Assembly: GCA_030747885.1 (NCBI GenBank) | Contig: JASLJW010000049.1 | Location: 1-35,204 of the forward strand | Direction: 5' to 3' | Origin: Candidatus Thalassarchaeaceae archaeon | Lineage (GTDB): Archaea; Thermoplasmatota; Poseidoniia; Poseidoniales; Thalassarchaeaceae | DNA: 35,204 nucleotides | Part shown: one piece after another, positions 30,238-35,204 of the stretch | How positions within the stretch are numbered: the first letter of the stretch is position 1 | How the letters are laid out: each line of letters opens with the position of its first letter | Notes under the pieces: generated by a model | Databases searched by the model: none | Told to the model about the DNA's origin: nothing | The model's input: only the letters and a program-made list of their open reading frames with translations | Position numbers and translations under genes: made by a program

Positions 30238-31044
30238 ATGGCTCGTCGAGACAGGAAGCAGAGTGGCAACGTGTTCAGTCGTTGGTGGGAAGAGCGTAGA
30301 GATCAACATCTTAGTATCCTATTCATTCTCTCTATGGTAGGTCTTGGAGCATTCCTTTGGTCACTTGTTTTCTTTATGATGATGGATGGCGTTACTGAAA
30401 TGCCAGACCTCATTGGTCTTTCATGGTTTATGGCAATTAGTGGTCTAATTTTACTTGGGGTTGTAGGTCCTGAATTTTTTAGATATAATGAACAATTAAC
30501 ACTCCTCCGAGAAATTCTAGAATTAGAATCTCGAGCTGAAATTCAGAAAAGAAGAAAAGAAGCAGAAGAAGCAGCAACATTACTCGGAAGTATCCATCAA
30601 GGTAAGTTACTAGCACATTACAAGACCCACGGAATTCGAGCAGGCCGTGCATTTGGGTCAGCAGCCACAAATTTTGCGACTGAAGAATCATCTCTTGCTT
30701 CGTGGTGGAATGCGGAAAGAACTAAATTATCTGAAAATACTGGTGTAGAAGGTTTTGCTTCCCCGAATGTCCACAAATCATTGATTGTAGGTGGGATAAC
30801 AGGGATTGTTCTTCTTTTATGGAATTCATTATTTGGAATTGCTCGAATGACAATCGATGGTCCACGTGACTATTCAATCAATGTTCTTGCCTGGTTCAAA
30901 GGGATGCTTGGTTCAGAAGGCAATCTTCTCGTAGAACCCATTTCTTTTGATTTAATGACCGTTGTATTGTTAATTCTATTGGGGGCATTACTTTGGTCCA
31001 CCATTCCAACGGTTTCGTTGAAATTTTCAACGGAAGAGGAGTGA
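30238..31044 (+). CDS. Membrane protein with DUF3198-like central segment
   Basis: Four hydrophobic segments. LREILELESRAEIQKRRKEAEEAATLL resembles recalled Thermoplasmata DUF3198 proteins. Start ATG 30238, coupled to the downstream S26 gene. Confidence 0.55.
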   Translation: MARRDRKQSGNVFSRWWEERRDQHLSILFILSMVGLGAFLWSLVFFMMMDGVTEMPDLIGLSWFMAISGLILLGVVGPEFFRYNEQLTLLREILELESRAEIQKRRKEAEEAATLLGSIHQGKLLAHYKTHGIRAGRAFGSAATNFATEESSLASWWNAERTKLSENTGVEGFASPNVHKSLIVGGITGIVLLLWNSLFGIARMTIDGPRDYSINVLAWFKGMLGSEGNLLVEPISFDLMTVVLLILLGALLWSTIPTVSLKFSTEEE

Positions 31045-31053
31045 GGAGAATCG

Positions 31054-32022
31054 ATGTCCAACGGCTATGGATGGATTCGAGAGATCCTTCTTGCTGCTGG
31101 TATGATTCTAGTTTTATACGGCTCACTTGTATTGATGACTGGTTCTTCCCCTCCAATGGTTGTTGTTGAATCACAATCAATGATGATGGACGAAAATTCC
31201 CATATTGGAAGTATAGATCCAGGAGATATCATCCTAGTCACTGATTCAGATAAAAGAGATGTGATTACATATGCTGAAGCAGTAGAACCGGGCAGTCGTT
31301 TCGAAGGATTTTCCACTCACGGAATGCCAGGTGATGTAGTAATCTACAGAAAGAATGGGGGCAATGATACTCCAGTAATTCATCGGGCAATATTGTTTGT
31401 TTCAGCGAATGAAATTGAAGATACACAATCTGATGGTACTTGTTTGGAGGGAGAATTGGATGAACAATTGATTAGTTCCGAAGGTTCAGTTGGAGCATGT
31501 ATTCTTACTTGGGATGTACGCGGGACATCAATATCTAATGTGTCTTCGATTAGTTTGAATCTGACTGGTTATTCTTGCCAATCGCATGGATATTTGGTAA
31601 TTCAGAATTGGGTCCCTGAGCATGAAGGGTATCTAACTTCAGGAGATAATCCAAGGACTAATGGCTGTACTGTAGATCAACTCATTGCTACAGGATCTAG
31701 TGGTTCAGGGCCACACTATTTTGGATTAAGAGATGAATTTGGAAAACCTGTAACTGCTGTCCGTTCAGATTGGGTATCTGGAATTGCAGGCCCTGAGATT
31801 CCATGGTTTGGAATTGTCAAACTTGCAGCATCAAGTAATTCTAGTGAAGTTACTTCTGATGCTTGGACCAATCTCTTCTTAGCTGTTACAATTTTACTTG
31901 GAAGTGTAATGATTATAGAGAAAAGCATGAGTTACCTAGTTGGTTCTTCTCCTGAATTTGAACATTCAAATCAAGAGTCTGAAAAGAATCGGGATCATGA
32001 AAATTCCTATGAAGAGGAGTGA
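31054..32022 (+). CDS. Signal peptidase I (S26, archaeal Ser-His type)
   Basis: N-terminal TM, PPMVVVESQSM (catalytic Ser), GDVVIY, PVIHRA (His), YLTSGDN, C-terminal TM. Confidence 0.88.
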   Translation: MSNGYGWIREILLAAGMILVLYGSLVLMTGSSPPMVVVESQSMMMDENSHIGSIDPGDIILVTDSDKRDVITYAEAVEPGSRFEGFSTHGMPGDVVIYRKNGGNDTPVIHRAILFVSANEIEDTQSDGTCLEGELDEQLISSEGSVGACILTWDVRGTSISNVSSISLNLTGYSCQSHGYLVIQNWVPEHEGYLTSGDNPRTNGCTVDQLIATGSSGSGPHYFGLRDEFGKPVTAVRSDWVSGIAGPEIPWFGIVKLAASSNSSEVTSDAWTNLFLAVTILLGSVMIIEKSMSYLVGSSPEFEHSNQESEKNRDHENSYEEE

Positions 32023-33471
32023 CGTAATATTTGCAGTTTTATTTGCAAATATTTTAGCTCTTTGAGGATGAAAAATTCCTAATTTATTTGACGCCCAAGT
32101 GATAATTACCAGAATAGAATCTCTCATGATATGTCCCCCATCAAAGGGGACAACGGGGATTAGATTTGCAAAACCCAATAGGAAATTAATCCAAAATAAC
32201 CAGAAGATAGCATCCACAAAATGTTTCTCAAGATTATTCCAAACAAGCATTTTTTCCTCTTCTTCTGTCATTAATTCCCCATCAAATGTAAAAGGAGTTG
32301 CCAGTAAATTAATTGGATGAGCCAAAGATTTGAATAATCGCATTTCAGATGACAAACCTGGATAGAACGGCCCCATTAATTGGTATCTTCCATCATCGGT
32401 GCTTCTGATTGGGTTCCCTCCGTAACTGTCAGTGGTAACTCCAATGAATGCATCACCTGGCTCGATTCCAGCCATTGCTAGATTTTCTTCAGAAAAATTG
32501 TTTGAAAGATAATGTTCGAATTTGTCACCTAATGTGATCTCAATTGTTTCTTCTTCCATCCATTTTCCATCATTGTATGGCCTAATATGAAATTGAAGAA
32601 CATCGTTTGCTTTTGATGAATCCACGATTAGACGTAAATCGTCAGCATTGGAAATTGTTGTTTCGTTAACTCCTACAATGATATCGTAGGGTTGCAATCC
32701 AGCCTCATTTGCAGGTCCATCTACTACAATAGCCGGGCTATATGCTCCTTGAATCGCAGGATCAACTCCACTGATTCCAACAGCTAAAACAAATGTAAGC
32801 AATGCAGCAAAAACCAAATTTACAGCAGGCCCTGCAGCGTATATTCTCATTCGCTCTCTTTTTGGTGCTTTCATAATTTCTTTAGTTTCAGGTTCAGCAA
32901 AAGCACCAATAGGAATCAATGAAACAATAAGTAAACCAAAACTCTTGACTCTCATTCCATGTGCTCTCATTTGGATTCCATGCCCATATTCGTGTATTAC
33001 TAAAGCAACAATAAGAGAAACTAGGGGCCAAAATAGAGGAATTCCTTGAGAAACGCCCGGAATAAGCAAGACATCAGATGTTTGTATCGATTCGACTTCT
33101 GGAGTTGTGAATGTTGATACTGCAGTTAGAATTAGTAAAAGTGAGGTAAGAAATACTACACATACACAAATCCAAAGTGAAAACTCTCCAAACCATCGCC
33201 AAAATCTCCTAGGTTGAGATATTTTTTCTAGTACTCCTTGTCCACGATTCGTTCTAACCATTAGAATAAAGCCTAGAACCTTAGTAGCATTCCACCTTTC
33301 GAGAATCCCTTTTTTTTCCAGAATTAGTAGTATGAAGACATTGAATAAAATGACTGAAAAGAAATATGAACCATTCAACAGCGCCATTACTCCAATTATA
33401 AGAATGAACAAATCCCTCAAACTGAGAGTCTCCACTATACTCTTCACAGCATTTGCTATCTTTGACCGCAT
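31966..33471 (-). CDS. Site-2 protease (M50) with PDZ domain
   Basis: HEYGH zinc motif, GAFAEP, AAGPAVN, PDZ segment (GPANEAGLQPYDIIVGVN), NLIPVVPFDGG. Start uncertain; ATG 33471 chosen. Confidence 0.92.
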   Translation of the reverse strand: MRSKIANAVKSIVETLSLRDLFILIIGVMALLNGSYFFSVILFNVFILLILEKKGILERWNATKVLGFILMVRTNRGQGVLEKISQPRRFWRWFGEFSLWICVCVVFLTSLLLILTAVSTFTTPEVESIQTSDVLLIPGVSQGIPLFWPLVSLIVALVIHEYGHGIQMRAHGMRVKSFGLLIVSLIPIGAFAEPETKEIMKAPKRERMRIYAAGPAVNLVFAALLTFVLAVGISGVDPAIQGAYSPAIVVDGPANEAGLQPYDIIVGVNETTISNADDLRLIVDSSKANDVLQFHIRPYNDGKWMEEETIEITLGDKFEHYLSNNFSEENLAMAGIEPGDAFIGVTTDSYGGNPIRSTDDGRYQLMGPFYPGLSSEMRLFKSLAHPINLLATPFTFDGELMTEEEEKMLVWNNLEKHFVDAIFWLFWINFLLGFANLIPVVPFDGGHIMRDSILVIITWASNKLGIFHPQRAKIFANKTANITSLLFIGIFMIPILFRLLI

Positions 33472-33531
33472 TTGAATGCTCCATTGATTTATCACCGCTG
33501 GTTTCTTACCTCCCACCTAATGTCGTACATC

Positions 33532-33726
33532 ATGGAAGAAGAGAATACAACCTCTCCTTCTACTCGTCGAAAGATAGATTCTATGGTAAGAGATCTTGAT
33601 TCGATAGTACGTTTACTTCAACAGGCTTCTTTAGAACAAGTTAAGTTAGACGTAGTAGAAATTGAGAATAGAATTGATACCATGGAAGAACAGTTGGGTT
33701 CCCCTACAGAAAACCCTAACGAATGA
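33532..33726 (+). CDS. Small hypothetical coiled-coil protein
   Basis: 64-aa acidic helical ORF (MEEENTT...) filling the gap between M50 and hjc, with a heptad-like pattern. Alternative start ATG 33520. Confidence 0.5.
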   Translation: MEEENTTSPSTRRKIDSMVRDLDSIVRLLQQASLEQVKLDVVEIENRIDTMEEQLGSPTENPNE

Positions 33727-34345
33727 AACCCTTCATCCAGATAGGTGTTTCTGGTTCTAATTCACAACTTTCAATTTGAGATGAAGATCGTTCTTGTATT
33801 GAATCGAATGTTGGTTTTCTCTTTCCCGTTTCCTTGCAAACCAATGCTAGGAATCGATGGAGTGGCATTCCTTGATCCCAGATTAGATGTGGATTCCCAT
33901 TACTAGTCAATGGACATGAAGGAATTCTTCGAGCCAAAATGGATAGCCTACCTTCCAATTCACCACAATCAATTCTAAAGATCCTCCATGAATCACCTCT
34001 AACTCCTTTGAGTCGATATGCGTATAGAGGCATTAATCCACATCTTTTACCTACGTCCTCAAGTGCAGAATATTGGTCTGCTAATCGTCCATTAAGATAC
34101 AATTTTTTTTCTTTACTTGATTTGACTTCTATTGGAAAACAAATATCTCCACGTAGTGCAAGAAGATCACCACTCCCTTCGATTCCACTTCCTGCTGCTC
34201 TCACAACCAAAAACGGTCTTTCAATTACAAGCCGAGCCTGGGCCCTTTCTGATTCTGTACAGGAACGAGTCACTGCCCGGACACCTTCAGGGATGCCAGC
34301 TAGTACATGACGAAGCTCTCGTTCGTATTGGGCTCCCTGCACCAT
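33716..34345 (-). CDS. hjc: Archaeal Holliday junction resolvase Hjc (Thermoplasmata-type, extended)
   Basis: GAQYERELR, RAAGSG, and the PD-(D/E)xK core DLLAL...IEVKSS. Confidence 0.88.
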   Translation of the reverse strand: MVQGAQYERELRHVLAGIPEGVRAVTRSCTESERAQARLVIERPFLVVRAAGSGIEGSGDLLALRGDICFPIEVKSSKEKKLYLNGRLADQYSALEDVGKRCGLMPLYAYRLKGVRGDSWRIFRIDCGELEGRLSILARRIPSCPLTSNGNPHLIWDQGMPLHRFLALVCKETGKRKPTFDSIQERSSSQIESCELEPETPIWMKGFIR

Positions 34346-34487
34346 CGTTCGACGCGTAATGTTCCAAGCCTAATCTCTTCGGTCCTAAAGGGGTAGTTTG
34401 AGTGCATTTATTCAATGTTTGAAACCCCTCCGAATACGTTTTTTGAACCCCGACATTCAAAACCCTCGCGTGTGCACTTGATATCAC

Positions 34488-35204
34488 GTGGGATACATCG
34501 CTGTACGCACTGCTGATTTCCGTCTTGCATATCATTTGTTATCTGAGTTGAAGAGACGAGAAATTCGTTGCATCCAAATTCTTCCTTCAGATTTAGTTCC
34601 TTCAGATGTTACGGCATGGATGGGAACTCCTAGTGAAGTAGTTTTGAGTGGAGATTCTCGAGGAATATCTGCGACATTGGATACATTTCAGCATTCGGTA
34701 GAGCAGGCAGTCCATCGTTTGAGTCATCAAGGTACCATTAGGATACTTACATTCGGAGTAGATCCAGGACCTAGACCTGGTATTGCATGGGTGGGGGACG
34801 GTCTATTTCTTGGCAAAGCTCAACTTGAGGGAGTTGATGATGCTGTGAATAGGATTTTCAATATTGCACAAGCAATAGAACATAAGTCGTTGATTATTCG
34901 GGTAGGAAATGGTTCGAAGACAATTGCAAATAGAATCATTAACACCTGTATTGCTAGAGGTTTATTGGTTCAGAAGGTCGATGAATCTAGAACTTCTGTT
35001 GGCGTACCTCGGCATGCTCATTCTTCTGCCGCATTACGAATTGCTCAACTCCCTGGAAATGATGTCAAAGAAAAGCAAAGAGTTCGTCCTACAAATGGTG
35101 AGATTCGAGATATTCAACGGAGAAGTAGAAAAGAATCCGGGGGGAGAGCAACAATTCCTAGCAATCTTGCTCGAGCGGTTGCAGTTGGTCAATTAACGAT
35201 AAAT
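34488..35204 (+). CDS. Conserved archaeal RNase H-fold (YqgF/RuvC-like) protein, 3'-truncated; not in the ORF track
   Basis: Translated by hand from GTG 34488, directly after in-frame TGA 34479-34481 plus two codons. Open for 239 codons to the window end: VGYIAVRTADFRLAYHLLSELKRR...FGVDPGPRPGIAWVGDG...IRVGNG...VDESRTS...HSSAALRIA...PTNGEIRDIQRRSR...LARAVAVGQLT. Confidence 0.8.
   Translation, partial: MGYIAVRTADFRLAYHLLSELKRREIRCIQILPSDLVPSDVTAWMGTPSEVVLSGDSRGISATLDTFQHSVEQAVHRLSHQGTIRILTFGVDPGPRPGIAWVGDGLFLGKAQLEGVDDAVNRIFNIAQAIEHKSLIIRVGNGSKTIANRIINTCIARGLLVQKVDESRTSVGVPRHAHSSAALRIAQLPGNDVKEKQRVRPTNGEIRDIQRRSRKESGGRATIPSNLARAVAVGQLTIN

Noticed and set aside
345..34535. Numerous short antisense or out-of-frame ORFs in the track (e.g. 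345-560, 6860-7198, 8503-8883, 22336-22755, 33939-34310, 34287-34535)
   Set aside because: They are shadows of well-supported genes with no motifs or start signals.
34909..35196. 95-aa ORF from the track
   Set aside because: It is an alternative frame inside the longer 34488-35204 gene, which carries the recognisable motifs.
1..35204. tRNA, rRNA, CRISPR arrays, transposases, integrases
   Set aside because: Intergenic gaps are all under ~150 bp. I saw no cloverleaf/T-loop signature, spaced repeat array or recombinase motif by eye. A small ncRNA cannot be excluded without an Infernal/Rfam search.

Overview
Gene-dense archaeal chromosomal segment, most consistent with Marine Group II Euryarchaeota (Ca. 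Poseidoniales, Thermoplasmatota). This placement is inferred from recalled family features, not a database search: deoxyhypusine synthase, Hjc resolvase, presenilin-family protease, DUF63, long-type FKBP with a SAP tail, a giant CARDB surface protein, and GGAGGT/GGTGA Shine-Dalgarno sites. It holds about 27 CDS: a lysine 6-aminotransferase-like gene (5'-truncated), dys, uvrB, an SDR, an MqnP/MqnL-type UbiA-UbiD pair divergent from a geranylgeranyl-reductase-family gene, ccmF, FKBP-SAP, DUF63, a leucine-catabolism cluster (MCC beta, methylglutaconyl-CoA hydratase, split MCC alpha), serS, presenilin, folC, dCMP deaminase, a P-loop kinase, a 1673-aa surface protein, S26 and M50 peptidases, hjc, and an RNase H/YqgF-fold gene at the right edge that the ORF track missed. 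I saw no rRNA, tRNA, CRISPR array or mobile element. The region is mostly housekeeping. The most unusual items are a presenilin with a ~365-aa sequon-rich inserted ectodomain, a candidate menaquinone prenylation/saturation module, a head-to-head Hjc / YqgF-like nuclease pair, and a nested-domain giant surface protein flanked by three membrane proteases.
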